The translations under genes were made by a program, and so were the position numbers. Under the pieces are notes generated by a model. That model had not been told where the DNA came from, ran no database searches, and worked only from the letters and a program-made list of their open reading frames with translations. A stretch of DNA of 64,000 nucleotides from an uncultured Actinomycetota bacterium (lineage in GTDB: Bacteria > Actinomycetota > Actinomycetes > CAVWCF01), in contig CAVWCF010000001.1 of the NCBI GenBank assembly GCA_963753435.1, forward strand, positions 1,408,001-1,472,000. The letters run 5' to 3'. Below are positions 10,276 through 20,756 of the stretch, one piece after another (position 1 is the stretch's first letter; each line of letters opens with the position of its first letter).

Positions 10276-11406
10276 TCAGCCCGCGAGGCGCACCGGCATC
10301 AGCAGGTAGCGGTACTCGCCATCTGGAGTGTCGCTGTCGCCAGTCAGTGGTTGCAGAACCGCCGGCTTGGTAGCAGTCGTGAAGCTGAACTGCACCTGTG
10401 GGCTGTTCATGGCGGTCAACCCGTCCAGCAGGTAACCGGGGTTGAACGCGATGGTGATCTCGTCCCCGGACAGGGATCCTTCGACTTCCTCGCGGGCCAT
10501 TGCACCTTCGCCGGACCCTGCCTCAAGAACGATCGTTCCGTCATTGAAAGTCAGCCGGACCGGCGTTGCCCGCTCCACCACCAGCGCGACTCGGCGCAGC
10601 GCGTCCATGAGCGCTTCGGTGGAGGTGGTGGCCACGGCAGCGGTCTCACTTGGCAGCAGGGACCGGTACTTCGGGAACTCCCCGGACAGCAGCCGCATGG
10701 TGGTTCGGTGGGCGTCGGCGGACAGGCCGAGGAGGCCGGCCCCGTCACCCCCGTCGGAAAGCGCGATCTCGACCGTCTCGCCGGTGAACGCCTTCGCAGC
10801 ATCCGCCAAAGTCCTGGCCGGCACCAGGGCGGCCAGGTCGATTCCGGTTTGGTTGGGGGTCCAGGACACCTCGCGCATGGCCAGGCGGTACCGATCGGTG
10901 GCCGCCCAGGTCAGACCGCGATCGGTTAGCTCTACGCGGATGCCGGTGAGGACGGGCAACGTGTCGTCGCGGCCGGCCGCGATCGCCACCTGGGCCACGA
11001 CGCGGGCGAACTCGGATCGTGACAGCGATCCGACGACGTCCGGCATGGCCGGAAGGGTCGGGTATTCATCCAGGCCAAGTGTCGGCAAGGTGAACCGCGA
11101 GCGACCGCATTCCAGTTCGACGCGAGGTTCGTTCTGGCTGGAGATCAGCACGTCTTGGTTAGGCAAGGTCCTGGCGATGTCGGCCAGGAGGCGCCCCGGA
11201 ACGAGGACGCGGCCCGGCTCGCTGACGTCGGCACCGATCTGGCACCGGGCAGCTACCTCGTGATCGAAACTGGATAGCCGGAGCCCGTCGTCGCCGGCCT
11301 CGAGGACTACACCGGAAAGCACCGGGATCGTCGGCCGCGCCGGCAGCGCCCGGGCCGCCCAACTGACCGCGTCCGCCAGATCGTCACGTGAGATGCGGAA
11401 CTTCAC
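10276..11406 (-). CDS. dnaN: DNA polymerase III beta clamp
   Basis: ATDRYRLA, AFNPGYLLDGL, C-terminal YLLMPVR; downstream of dnaA. Confidence 0.97.
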   Translation of the reverse strand: MKFRISRDDLADAVSWAARALPARPTIPVLSGVVLEAGDDGLRLSSFDHEVAARCQIGADVSEPGRVLVPGRLLADIARTLPNQDVLISSQNEPRVELECGRSRFTLPTLGLDEYPTLPAMPDVVGSLSRSEFARVVAQVAIAAGRDDTLPVLTGIRVELTDRGLTWAATDRYRLAMREVSWTPNQTGIDLAALVPARTLADAAKAFTGETVEIALSDGGDGAGLLGLSADAHRTTMRLLSGEFPKYRSLLPSETAAVATTSTEALMDALRRVALVVERATPVRLTFNDGTIVLEAGSGEGAMAREEVEGSLSGDEITIAFNPGYLLDGLTAMNSPQVQFSFTTATKPAVLQPLTGDSDTPDGEYRYLLMPVRLAG

Positions 11407-11776
11407 CGTGGTCCTCCCACCGGGTTGGTGTGCGGAACCCTATGGCGCGATGCACCCAGGGTCCGCACCGGCGGATGTACACAGGTCTCTTCATCCGCAG
11501 CCTGTTCAACAGTAGAAATGCAATCAATAAGTACCGACACAGTCATCACCACTGTGGAAGCTGGGGAAAAGCGGCGTTCCCGCAGGTCGGTACGGGTGTC
11601 GGCGGTCGGGTCATCCTGTGGACATGGTCGTTGCGACTGTGGGTGGAATCCGGGGCGCATCGACGGCTGGTGCCCTGTCAACAGGACATGGGCTGGAAAG
11701 GGTGATCTGTCCACAGGTTTATCCGCAGGCTGTGGGTTCATGATCGCTACCTGGGGTGATGGCTGGTATCCCAGGG
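11407..11776. other. Replication origin oriC (dnaA-dnaN intergenic region)
   Basis: Many TT(A/G)TCCACA-like boxes (CTGTCCACA, TTATCCGCA, TGTGGACAT, TGTGGAAGC 11553-11561, TGGGGAAAA 11562-11570, CTGTCAACA) plus an AT-rich patch at about 11511-11533. Confidence 0.88.
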
Positions 11777-13192
11777 TTAGGCGGCGTTCCGCGCCTGTTG
11801 CTTGATGCGGTTGGTCAGCTCGGTCACCTGGTTGTACACGCTGCGGCGTTCCTGCATGAGGGTGCGGATCTTCCGCTCGGCGTGCATGACGGTGGTGTGG
11901 TCGCGGCCGCCGAATTGCTGCCCGATCTTCGGCAGGGACAGGTCGGTGAGCTCGCGGCACAGGTACATGGCTATCTGCCGGGCTGTCACCAGCACGCGGG
12001 ACCGGCTAGTCCCGCACAGGTCATCGAGTGACTGGCCGAAGTAGGCGGCGGTTTGGGCCATGATCATCGCTGCCGTCACCTCCCGGCTGCTGCTGTCAGC
12101 GATGAGGTCCTTCAGGACCACTTCGGCCAACGCCAGATCGACCTGCTGCCGGTTGAGGTTTGCGAAGGCGGTCACCCGGATCAGGGCGCCCTCCAGTTCG
12201 CGGATGTTCGTGGAGATCTTGCTTGCGATGTACTCCAACACCTCCGGCGGCACGGAGTCGGTAAGCCGTTCATAGGCGGCCTTCTTGCGAAGGATCGCGA
12301 TGCGGGTTTCCAGGTCGGGCGGCTGAACGTCGGTGATGAGTCCCCACTCGAAGCGACTACGCATGCGGTCCTCGAAGGCCTGCAGTTGCTTGGGCGGAAG
12401 GTCGGAGGTCACGACGATCTGCTTGTTCGCGTTGTGCAGCGTGTTGAAGGTGTGGAAGAACTCCTCCTGCGTCTGCACCTTGCCTTGCAGGAACTGGATG
12501 TCGTCCACCAGGAGCACGTCGACGTTTCGGTACCTGTGCTGGAAAGCGCTGGCCTTGTCGTCGCGGATGCTGTTGATGAAGTCGTTGGTGAACTCTTCGC
12601 TGGAGACGTAGCGCACGCGCGTTCCGGGGAACAGGCTCCGGGCGTAGTGACCGATTGCGTGCAGCAGGTGGGTCTTGCCCAGCCCGGATTCGCCGTAGAT
12701 GAACAACGGGTTGTAGGCCTTGGCCGGCGCTTCTGCCACTGCCACTGCGGCCGCGTGCGCGAATCGGTTGCTGGATCCGATCACGAAACGGTCGAACGTG
12801 TACTTGGGATTCAGCCGAGCATCGGAGTCCCGGGTACCGGTGACCGCGGTAGGCCGCTGCGGCTCAGCGATCGTCAGGTCGACGAACTCCTCTACGACGT
12901 CCTCGTCCTCGTCCTCACCCAGGTCCAGCGTCTCATCGACGGTGACGGCCAAGCGCACGTCGCCGGAGAGCCGATGGGCCAGCGCCGCTTCGATCGGGCC
13001 GCGCAGCTGGTTCTCAACCTGAGCGCGAATGAAGTCGCTCGGGACAGCGATGAGCGCGGTAGTTGTGGAGCCGTCGGGAACTAGGCCCAGCGGCTTGATG
13101 AGGCTGAGGAAGGCAGCGTCGCTGCCGGAGACTTCCTCCGAAAGGGTTTCCCTTGTGGCCGGCCAGACCTCCGCCAGATCCTGTGCCGTCAT
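11777..13192 (-). CDS. dnaA: Chromosomal replication initiator DnaA
   Basis: [45 protein letters not shown]; AAGGAGG upstream (start 13192 ATG or 13198 GTG). Confidence 0.98.
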   Translation of the reverse strand: MTAQDLAEVWPATRETLSEEVSGSDAAFLSLIKPLGLVPDGSTTTALIAVPSDFIRAQVENQLRGPIEAALAHRLSGDVRLAVTVDETLDLGEDEDEDVVEEFVDLTIAEPQRPTAVTGTRDSDARLNPKYTFDRFVIGSSNRFAHAAAVAVAEAPAKAYNPLFIYGESGLGKTHLLHAIGHYARSLFPGTRVRYVSSEEFTNDFINSIRDDKASAFQHRYRNVDVLLVDDIQFLQGKVQTQEEFFHTFNTLHNANKQIVVTSDLPPKQLQAFEDRMRSRFEWGLITDVQPPDLETRIAILRKKAAYERLTDSVPPEVLEYIASKISTNIRELEGALIRVTAFANLNRQQVDLALAEVVLKDLIADSSSREVTAAMIMAQTAAYFGQSLDDLCGTSRSRVLVTARQIAMYLCRELTDLSLPKIGQQFGGRDHTTVMHAERKIRTLMQERRSVYNQVTELTNRIKQQARNAA

Positions 13193-13255
13193 AACCACTA
13201 GGTCCTCCTTGATTCTGTTGGTCGGTGCGGTGAATCTCGCTGCAACGGGCAGGAA

Positions 13256-13431
13256 GTGGACAAACCACATCCACACCACGGTCCACAGGTTGTGGATAAC
13301 TGCTGGGGAAGTGGGGTGGAGGCGCGCTTCCTGTTCGGTTGCTGTCCTCCGTGCCCCGTCGACTCGGCGGGGAAGGCCGGCGGGCGGAAGGTAGCAAGCC
13401 CGGAGGCCCGCAAGTCAAGCGCTTGTCCACA
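13256..13431. promoter_or_regulatory. DnaA-box cluster in the dnaA-rpmH divergent region
   Basis: Perfect TGTGGATAA 13291-13299 and TTGTCCACA 13423-13431, plus degenerate AGTGGACAA, ACATCCACA and CGGTCCACA. Confidence 0.85.
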
Positions 13432-13641
13432 CCTTCCCGTGTGGTGAGAAGCACCCTTCGGCGTGGCGGATCAACATCAAAGGGCCGGTGTGCTAGGGGC
13501 GCTGTCTGACGGTTTGACCGTACCGCCGTCTGGAACGTACCTTTGGCCCGCCGGAAATCCGGCCGCTGTCGCATGCCTGCGCTTTGCGCGCCGGCGTCCG
13601 GTGGTGGCCGGCCTCGGATCCCTTTCGCTTGTGGAGAAGCC

Positions 13642-13776
13642 GTGAAGCGCACGTATCAGCCAAATCGCCGCCGTCGGGCCAAGACCCACGGCTTCCGCCA
13701 CCGCATGCGCACGCGCGCAGGGCGGTCGATTCTGTCGACGCGGCGCCGCAAGGGCCGCGCTCGCCTGGCTGCATAA
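13642..13776 (+). CDS. rpmH: 50S ribosomal protein L34
   Basis: [28 protein letters not shown]; GGAG upstream of GTG. Confidence 0.97.
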   Translation: MKRTYQPNRRRRAKTHGFRHRMRTRAGRSILSTRRRKGRARLAA

Positions 13777-13780
13777 GTCG

Positions 13781-14119
13781 GTGGCGGCACTCGGCCGGAT
13801 GCGCTCGAGCGCCGAGTTCAGCGCCACGGTCCGCCGCGGGCAACGAGCCGGCACACCCACCTTGGTGCTGCATTGGCTGGCGGATGCGGATGACGGCGAA
13901 CCTGCGAGAGTGGGGTACGTGGTGAGCAAGGCCGTCGGCAACTCGGTTACTCGGCATCGCGTCGTGCGGCGACTTCGCGCGCAGACCGCACAACGTGCCG
14001 AGCGCGTACCGGCCGGCAGTTGGCTGGTTGTGCGGGCGCTCCCGCCGGCGGCGACCGCTTCGTCGGCAGCCCTAGGCAGCGACGTGGGCCGCGCATTCGA
14101 TCGGCTTTGGGCGGCCTGA
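13781..14119 (+). CDS. rnpA: Ribonuclease P protein component
   Basis: RVGYVVSKAVGNSVTRHRVVRRLR motif; follows rpmH. Confidence 0.93.
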   Translation: MAALGRMRSSAEFSATVRRGQRAGTPTLVLHWLADADDGEPARVGYVVSKAVGNSVTRHRVVRRLRAQTAQRAERVPAGSWLVVRALPPAATASSAALGSDVGRAFDRLWAA

Positions 14120-14454
14120 TGCTGGCGATGATCAACCGGGTGCTGGCCTGGCCGTTGCTGGCGTTGATCCGCGTCTACCAGCTGACGCTGTCGCCATTGC
14201 TGGGCGCGTCCTGTCGCTATCACCCCTCCTGCTCTCGATACGGGTACGAGGCCATCCGGGTCCACGGGCCGTTTATCGGGCTCTGGCTTGCCGTTTATCG
14301 GATCGGGCGGTGCAATCCTTGGGCTTTGGGCGGCGTTGACCCGGTCCCGCCCCGCGGCACGGCGTGGGGAGACCTGCTGCTTCGCCCGCATCGGGTCCAG
14401 GCCAACGAACAGCCTGTGGAAAAACCTGTGGATGACGATCGTGCCGCTGCCTGA
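14119..14454 (+). CDS. yidD: Membrane protein insertion efficiency factor YidD
   Basis: YQLTLSP..CRYHPSCSRY...RIGRCNPW..GG.DPVP. Confidence 0.93.
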   Translation: MLAMINRVLAWPLLALIRVYQLTLSPLLGASCRYHPSCSRYGYEAIRVHGPFIGLWLAVYRIGRCNPWALGGVDPVPPRGTAWGDLLLRPHRVQANEQPVEKPVDDDRAAA

Positions 14455-14481
14455 GCACCGACCAAGCTGGAAAGGGGCGAC

Positions 14482-15438
14482 GTGGGCCTTCTGAATCCGC
14501 TGTACGCAGCGGTGTCCTGGATTCTGGTTCGCTGGCACGACCTGTTCAGTCTCGTGCTGGATCCGGACAGCGGAGCCGCGTGGGCCCTGTCCATCGCCGG
14601 CCTGGTCGTGGTCATCCGAATCGCGCTGTTGCCGTTGTTCGCCAAGCAGATCCGAGCGCAGCGCGGGTTGCAGGCGCTGCAGCCGCAGATGCGCGAGATC
14701 CAGAAGAAGTACGCCAACGACAAGCAGAAGCAGTCCGAAGAGCTGATGAAGCTCTACCGGGAGACGGGTACCAACCCGTTCTCGTCTTGCCTGCCGATCT
14801 TCGTGCAGATGCCGTTCTTCTTTGCCCTGTTCCACGTGCTGAACTCCGTGGCCAGGGACCAGACCGTCGGCGTGATGACGCAGGCCCAGGTCGACTCCAT
14901 GAGCAGCGCGACGCTGTTCGGGGCGCCGATCTCCGCGACCTTCCTCGGCACGGACGACGTCAGCGTGAGAATCGTTGCCGCGGTCCTAATCGTGCTGATG
15001 AGCTTGACCACCTTCATCACCCAGCGGCAGTTGATGGTCAAGAACATGCCCGTGGGTGTGGACAACCCCCTTGCCCGCCAGCAGAAGATGCTTGTCTACG
15101 TCTTCCCGTTGATGTTCGCTGTTTTCGGAGTGAATTTCCCGATCGGCGTGCTCATCTACTGGTTCGTGACGAACCTGTGGACCATGGGTCAGCAGTTCTA
15201 CGTGATCCGCCGCAACCCGACGCCGGGCAGCGCCGCGTACGACGCGCTACAGGAGCGCAAGAAGGCGAAGGGGATCGGCGAACCGACCGCGGAATTGCCC
15301 GACGCCGACGAGGGACCCAAGGTCCAGCGGGTCCAGCCCACCAAGCAACCCCGGTCGAAGCGGTCCGGCGGCACTCCACCAAAGCCCGGCGGGAACTCCC
15401 CACGCTCCGGGGGCAAAAAGCCCTCCGGATCCAAGTGA
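14482..15438 (+). CDS. yidC: Membrane protein insertase YidC
   Basis: IRIALLPL, GTNPFSSCLP..VQMP, FPIGVLIYW..TNLW..GQQ. Confidence 0.95.
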   Translation: MGLLNPLYAAVSWILVRWHDLFSLVLDPDSGAAWALSIAGLVVVIRIALLPLFAKQIRAQRGLQALQPQMREIQKKYANDKQKQSEELMKLYRETGTNPFSSCLPIFVQMPFFFALFHVLNSVARDQTVGVMTQAQVDSMSSATLFGAPISATFLGTDDVSVRIVAAVLIVLMSLTTFITQRQLMVKNMPVGVDNPLARQQKMLVYVFPLMFAVFGVNFPIGVLIYWFVTNLWTMGQQFYVIRRNPTPGSAAYDALQERKKAKGIGEPTAELPDADEGPKVQRVQPTKQPRSKRSGGTPPKPGGNSPRSGGKKPSGSK

Positions 15439-15472
15439 TCCGTACCTTCGACAGTTGAAAGAGGCACCATCC

Positions 15473-15952
15473 GTGACTGACAAGCAGCCAGAGCGCGCCG
15501 TAGACCTCGAGCGGGAGGGCGACCTCGCGGCGGACTACCTCGAGGAGTTGCTCGACCTCGCCGACCTCGACGGGGACATGGATCTAGACGTGGAGGGCGA
15601 TCGCGCGATGGTCGCCCTGCTCGGGGCGGACCTGGAGCACCTGGTCGGGGAAGACGGTGAGGTCCTGGACGCGCTTCAGGAGTTGACGCGGCTGCATGTG
15701 CTGCGGGAAACCGGAAACCGGACCCGGCTCATGCTTGACGTGGCCGGCTTCCGGGCGCGCCGGCGGGCTGAGTTGACTCAGATCGGCACCGATGCGGCCG
15801 AGAAGGCGAAGTCAGGCGGCGAGCCGGTCCGGCTGGACCCGATGAACCCCTTCGAGCGCAAGGTGGTTCACGACGCGGTCGCCGCGGCCGGGCTCACAAG
15901 TGAGTCCGAAGGCGCCGAACCGCGTCGCTACGTGGTCGTGCTCCCGGCCTGA
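15473..15952 (+). CDS. Jag/KhpB-type KH-R3H RNA-binding protein
   Basis: EGDLAADYLEELLD, PMNPFERKVVHD, SESEGAEPRR (R3H domain). Confidence 0.9.
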   Translation: MTDKQPERAVDLEREGDLAADYLEELLDLADLDGDMDLDVEGDRAMVALLGADLEHLVGEDGEVLDALQELTRLHVLRETGNRTRLMLDVAGFRARRRAELTQIGTDAAEKAKSGGEPVRLDPMNPFERKVVHDAVAAAGLTSESEGAEPRRYVVVLPA

Positions 15953-15955
15953 CGA

Positions 15956-16588
15956 ATGGGCGATGTTTCCCGTGAAACATCGGCTCCGGCGCCGACGCTC
16001 CCGGAACGCTTCACCACCGCATCGATACCGCTGCGCCGGTACGCGGACCTGCTCGCCACCGACGGTGTTACCCGTGGCCTGATCGGGCCGCGGGAGGTCG
16101 AGCGCCTATGGGACCGGCACATTCTCAACAGCGCGGTCATCGCCGATCTGATCCCCTCGGGCGCCTCGGTCGTCGATGTGGGTAGCGGCGCCGGCCTTCC
16201 GGGGATCCCGCTGGCGCTGGTCCGGGCGGATCTGCAGGTGACACTCCTAGAGCCCCTGCTACGCCGGAGCGACTTCTTGCGAGAGGCTGTGACCGTGTTG
16301 GAACTCGCCGACCGGGTGCGGGTGGTTCGGGGCCGGGCGGAGGATCACCGCGACCGGTACCAGACCTGTGTGGCGCGCGCGGTGGCCCCGATGAGCCGGT
16401 TGGCACCATGGTGCCTACCGCTGCTGCAGCCCGGGGGCCAGCTGCTGGCAATGAAGGGGGCAGCGGCCCAGTCGGAGGTGACCGACGCCACCGAAGCGCT
16501 GGCCGGCGCGAAAGTAGACATCGTTACGTGCGGCGAAGCGGACCTGGACGTGGCTACAACCGTGGTCCGGGTCGTGGTGCCGCGGTGA
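15956..16588 (+). CDS. rsmG: 16S rRNA m7G527 methyltransferase RsmG (GidB)
   Basis: GLIGPRE..RLWDRHILNS, DVGSGAGLPGIPLA, ARAVA. Confidence 0.95.
   Translation: MGDVSRETSAPAPTLPERFTTASIPLRRYADLLATDGVTRGLIGPREVERLWDRHILNSAVIADLIPSGASVVDVGSGAGLPGIPLALVRADLQVTLLEPLLRRSDFLREAVTVLELADRVRVVRGRAEDHRDRYQTCVARAVAPMSRLAPWCLPLLQPGGQLLAMKGAAAQSEVTDATEALAGAKVDIVTCGEADLDVATTVVRVVVPR
15964..15979. promoter_or_regulatory. parS site
   Basis: TGTTTCCCGTGAAACA, one mismatch to the parS palindrome TGTTTCACGTGAAACA; extended palindrome 15961-15982. Confidence 0.85.
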
Positions 16589-17460
16589 ATGTTTCACGGG
16601 AAACCGACACCCCGCTGGCCGCGGCAGCCGAGGCGGCCGCCCGAGTGCGGTCCGGGCGCGTCGAGGCCTTCCCCAGGCCCGAGCGGACCCGAATCGTCAG
16701 CATCGCCAATCAGAAGGGCGGGGTCGGCAAGACCACGTCGACGGTGAATCTCGCCGCGGCGTTGGCCGTCAGCGGGCAACGCGTCCTCGTGATCGATCTC
16801 GACCCGCAGGGCAACGCATCGACCGCCCTGGGCGTGGCCCACCACGTGGGGACACCCTCGGTGTACGAAGCGTTGGTCGATGACAAGCCACTCGCCGAGG
16901 CAGCCGTCACCGTGGACGGTCTGCCGAACCTGACGGCGGTGCCGTCGACGATCGACCTCGCTGGCGCGGAGATCGAACTGGTCTCGATGGTTGCCCGCGA
17001 GACCCGGTTGAAGCGGGCCCTGGAGACCTACCTGGCCGAGGTTCCCACCGACTACGTGCTGATCGACTCCCCGCCGTCCCTGAGCCTGCTGACGCTGAAC
17101 GGGCTCGTGGCCGCCGCCGAGGTACTCATCCCGATTCAGTGCGAGTACTACGCGCTGGAGGGTTTGGGGCAACTGCTGTCCAATGTGGACCTGGTGAAGG
17201 CGCACCTGAACCCGCAACTGGAGGTCTCGGCCTTCCTGCTCACGATGCACGACGGGCGAACCCGGCTGGCCGCCCAGGTGGCCGACGAGGTGCGCCGGCA
17301 CTTCGGTCAGCAGGTGCTGCGGACCGCCATCCCACGTTCGGTGCGGCTCTCCGAGGCTCCCAGCTACGGGCAGACGGTGCTCACGTACGACCCGGGCAGC
17401 CCGGGCGCTTTGGCCTACATCGAGGCGGCGGCGGAGTTCGCCGTGATCGGGAGGGAGTAG
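16585..17460 (+). CDS. parA: Chromosome partitioning ATPase ParA/Soj
   Basis: [31 protein letters not shown]; GTGA overlap with rsmG. Confidence 0.95.
   Translation: MNVSRETDTPLAAAAEAAARVRSGRVEAFPRPERTRIVSIANQKGGVGKTTSTVNLAAALAVSGQRVLVIDLDPQGNASTALGVAHHVGTPSVYEALVDDKPLAEAAVTVDGLPNLTAVPSTIDLAGAEIELVSMVARETRLKRALETYLAEVPTDYVLIDSPPSLSLLTLNGLVAAAEVLIPIQCEYYALEGLGQLLSNVDLVKAHLNPQLEVSAFLLTMHDGRTRLAAQVADEVRRHFGQQVLRTAIPRSVRLSEAPSYGQTVLTYDPGSPGALAYIEAAAEFAVIGRE
16590..16605. promoter_or_regulatory. parS-like site
   Basis: TGTTTCACGGGAAACC, two mismatches to the parS consensus, inside the first codons of parA. Confidence 0.7.
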
Positions 17461-17462
17461 GG

Positions 17463-18419
17463 ATGAACAAGCGACCTGGAGGGCTCGGCCGCGGGCTGGG
17501 CGCGCTGATCCCGGGCGGCTCCTCGACTAGTCCACAAGTCGACAAACCGTCAACTGGTCCCGGCCACCCGACCCCGGGGGCCGCGGTTGCACCGACCGCA
17601 GCCGCCTCGACCACTTCCGGACCGTCGGCGGTGCCGGGGGCGCGCTTTGTGGAGATCCCGCTAGCGGACATCCGACCCAACCCGCGCCAGCCGCGGCAGG
17701 TCTTCGAGGACGAGCCGCTAACCGAACTGGTCGCCTCCATCCGCGAAGTGGGCATCCTGCAGCCGGTCGTCGTGCGGCCGGACTCCGAGGGATACCTGCT
17801 CATCATGGGTGAGCGGCGCCTCCGGGCTGCGGGTGCGGCCGGCCTGGACCGCATTCCAGCGATCGTGCGGGAAACCGCCGACGACGACCTGCTGCGCGAC
17901 GCCCTGCTCGAGAACCTGCAACGCGTACAACTGAATCCGCTGGAGGAGGCGGCTGCCTACCAGCAGATGCTCGAGGACTTCGGCTGCACGCACGAGGACC
18001 TCAGCCGCAAACTGGGCCGCAGCCGGCCACAGATCACCAACACCATCCGCCTGCTCAAGTTGCCGGCGGCGGTGCAACGTCGAGTGGCGGCCGGAGTTCT
18101 GAGTGCCGGTCACGCCCGCGCGCTGCTGGCTCTGGACGACCCCGCCGCAGCGGATCGACTCGCCGGAAGAATCGTCGCCGAAGGTCTTTCCGTGCGCACC
18201 GTCGAGGAGATCGTCGCCACCGGCGCGACGGCCTCGGCCCCCAAGGCGCAGCGTCGGGCGCCGAGCACGCCAACGGAGTTCCTGGCGGTGGCGGATCGTT
18301 TGTCGGAGCGTTTCGACACTCGCGTGCGGGTGAGCATGCGTTCCACGAAGGGCGCGGTCACCATCGAATTCGCCGGGCCCGATGACCTCGATCGGATCGT
18401 TCGACTACTGGGTGGCTGA
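17463..18419 (+). CDS. parB: Chromosome partitioning protein ParB
   Basis: [23 protein letters not shown] (CTP-binding box), ENLQR..LNPLEEA, helix-turn-helix. Confidence 0.96.
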   Translation: MNKRPGGLGRGLGALIPGGSSTSPQVDKPSTGPGHPTPGAAVAPTAAASTTSGPSAVPGARFVEIPLADIRPNPRQPRQVFEDEPLTELVASIREVGILQPVVVRPDSEGYLLIMGERRLRAAGAAGLDRIPAIVRETADDDLLRDALLENLQRVQLNPLEEAAAYQQMLEDFGCTHEDLSRKLGRSRPQITNTIRLLKLPAAVQRRVAAGVLSAGHARALLALDDPAAADRLAGRIVAEGLSVRTVEEIVATGATASAPKAQRRAPSTPTEFLAVADRLSERFDTRVRVSMRSTKGAVTIEFAGPDDLDRIVRLLGG

Positions 18420-18443
18420 CTGGCCAGTTGGCTGCCGGGTCGG

Positions 18444-19382
18444 TTACGGATGCCGACCCGCGGCGGCCGCAACCAGATCCGCAAGTACCGGACCGAACCC
18501 AAGGCCGGCGGCGGCGACGGCCTGTGGGAACAGGCTGGTCTCAGTCATTCCGGGGGCGACGTTGGCCTCCAGGAAGTACACGACCCCACCTTCGACGATC
18601 AGGTCGATACGAGATAGGTCGCGCAGATGCAGCGCCTGGTGCGCGGCAAGGGCAGCGGTTTCGACCGCGGCGGCCACATCTGAACTCAACCGGGCCGGCG
18701 CGTAGAACTGCGTGGTGCCAGCGGTGTAGCGCGCGGCGTAGTCGTAGACCCCGGAGTCGGGCAGGATCTCCACAGCAGGCAAGACCCGCAGCCCACCGCC
18801 GTCGGACACCACCGAGACCGCCACCTCGGTGCCCGAGACGAATCGCTCGATCAACGCGGTGTCGCCATACGCGTAGGCGGCCACCATGGCCGCGGGCAAC
18901 TCCTCGAACTGTCGCACCACCGACATGCCTAGCGACGATCCGCCGCGGGTCGGCTTGACCACCAGCGGCAGCCCCAAGCGCTTCTCAACTGCGCCGAGCA
19001 GCACGCCGGCACCGAGCTCGCGGAACACCTCGGCGGGCAGGGCAACCGCGTCGGGCACGGCGACTCCGGCAGCTGCGACAACGGCCTTGGCGACAGGCTT
19101 GTCGAAGGCCACCCGACAGGCATCGGCGCGCGCACCCACATACGCGATACCGAGCAACTCCAATACGTCGCGGATGCTGCCGTCCTCGCCGGCGGCACCG
19201 TGCAGCATCGGCAGCACGACATCGGGTTGCCGATCATGCAGGGCGCCGATCAGTTGCGCGTCAACATCGGCGACGTCGGCGGGGATGCCGTGGTCCCGCA
19301 ACGCCTCGGCGACCCGGCGACCGGAGCGCAGCGACACGTCACGTTCGTGGGACAGCCCACCGGCCAGTACGACAACGTCCAC
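18444..19382 (-). CDS. D-alanine--D-alanine ligase family protein
   Basis: GGLSHERDVSLRSG, LHGAAGEDG, VVKP..GGSSLG, YDYAARY, LEANVAPGMT. Confidence 0.88.
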   Translation of the reverse strand: MDVVVLAGGLSHERDVSLRSGRRVAEALRDHGIPADVADVDAQLIGALHDRQPDVVLPMLHGAAGEDGSIRDVLELLGIAYVGARADACRVAFDKPVAKAVVAAAGVAVPDAVALPAEVFRELGAGVLLGAVEKRLGLPLVVKPTRGGSSLGMSVVRQFEELPAAMVAAYAYGDTALIERFVSGTEVAVSVVSDGGGLRVLPAVEILPDSGVYDYAARYTAGTTQFYAPARLSSDVAAAVETAALAAHQALHLRDLSRIDLIVEGGVVYFLEANVAPGMTETSLFPQAVAAAGLGFGPVLADLVAAAAGRHP

Positions 19383-19392
19383 TAGAGCTCCT

Positions 19393-20700
19393 TCAGGCCA
19401 GGTCCGGGCTTGGGGTGTCACCCAAAGAGGCTTGCGGGTGATGACCGGCTGCGGGACCGAACGTGTCGAGCAACTCCTGCTCGGCCTCGACCACACCGGC
19501 AAGCCGGCGGACGCCCTCGGTGATCCGTTCGGCCGTTGGGAAGCAGTAGGACAGCCGCATGCTGCGCCGACCCTCTTCCCGGGCGGGACCTGCGTAGAAG
19601 CCGGTTCCGGGCACGTAGGCCACCCGGGCCGTGACCGCCCTGGGCAGCATGGCCGTTGCGTCCATGCCGTCGGGCAGCGTCACCCAGGAGTAGAAGCCAC
19701 CCGCTGGCACCGTCCACGTGGTCCCCGGCGGCATCAGCGCTTTGAGCCCGTCCAGCAGGGCGTCGCGGCGCTCCCGGTAGACCTCGCGGAACGTCTTGAT
19801 CTGCTCCTGCCAGGGCTGGGTGTCCAGGTATGCCGACACGGTCCACTGCGAGTACGCCGGGGGGCACAGGATGCTGGCCTCGGCCGCGAGGACGAGCTTT
19901 TCGCGCAACCCGTGCGGAGCCACGGCGTAACCGACCCGCACCCCCGGGGCGAAGATCTTGGAGAACGAGCCGAGGTACACCACTCGTTCTTCGTCGTCGG
20001 CGCGCATCGCCCGCGGCACCACCCCGTCAAAGCCGAGAAGGGCGTAGGGATCGTCCTCAAGCACCAACAGGTCGTACTCCGCAGCCACGGCCAGGAGCGC
20101 CTCGCGGCGCTGCGCGGACTGCGTCACACCGGCCGGGTTGTGGAACGACGGAATCGTGTAGACGAACTTCGCCTTGCGTCCGTCGCGGGCCAGTCGTTGC
20201 ACCTCCGCCACCACGGCTTCGGGCACCAGCCCCTGCTCATCCATCGCCACGTGCCGCACGTCGCACTCGTAAGCGGCGAAAGTTCCCAGCGCTCCCACGT
20301 AGGACGGCGACTCCACGATTACCGCGTCGCCGGGGTCGCAGAAGACGCGAGTGACCAGGTCAAGCGCCTGCTGCGAGCCGACCGTGACGATGACGTCGTC
20401 GGGGTGGGTATTGACGCCGACCAGGTCGACGATCGCACCGATCTGTTCGCGTAGCCGCTGGTCCCCCTGACCGGAGCCGTATTGCAGCGCAGTCGCGCCG
20501 TGGGTACGCAGCATGTCCGCGACGGTGTCTGCGATCGCGTCCCAGGGCAGGGCGGCGGTGTAGGGCATGCCACCTGCCAGCGAGACGACCTCGGGGCGAC
20601 TGGCGACGGCGAACAGCGCGCGGATCTCCGACGCCGTCATCCCCGCTGTCCGGGTGGCGTAGCGCTGCACGTACGGGTCCAGCCTGGTGCCGTCGGCCAC
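19393..20700 (-). CDS. PLP-dependent aminotransferase, class I/II (LysN-like)
   Basis: SLAGGMP, FHNPAG, EDDPY, GSFSKIFAPGVRVG. Confidence 0.9.
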   Translation of the reverse strand: MADGTRLDPYVQRYATRTAGMTASEIRALFAVASRPEVVSLAGGMPYTAALPWDAIADTVADMLRTHGATALQYGSGQGDQRLREQIGAIVDLVGVNTHPDDVIVTVGSQQALDLVTRVFCDPGDAVIVESPSYVGALGTFAAYECDVRHVAMDEQGLVPEAVVAEVQRLARDGRKAKFVYTIPSFHNPAGVTQSAQRREALLAVAAEYDLLVLEDDPYALLGFDGVVPRAMRADDEERVVYLGSFSKIFAPGVRVGYAVAPHGLREKLVLAAEASILCPPAYSQWTVSAYLDTQPWQEQIKTFREVYRERRDALLDGLKALMPPGTTWTVPAGGFYSWVTLPDGMDATAMLPRAVTARVAYVPGTGFYAGPAREEGRRSMRLSYCFPTAERITEGVRRLAGVVEAEQELLDTFGPAAGHHPQASLGDTPSPDLA

Positions 20701-20756
20701 GGTGCACACCCCCTCGCCAAGCATCGCTGCGGTGGGCACAACTTACGATGCGGCCT

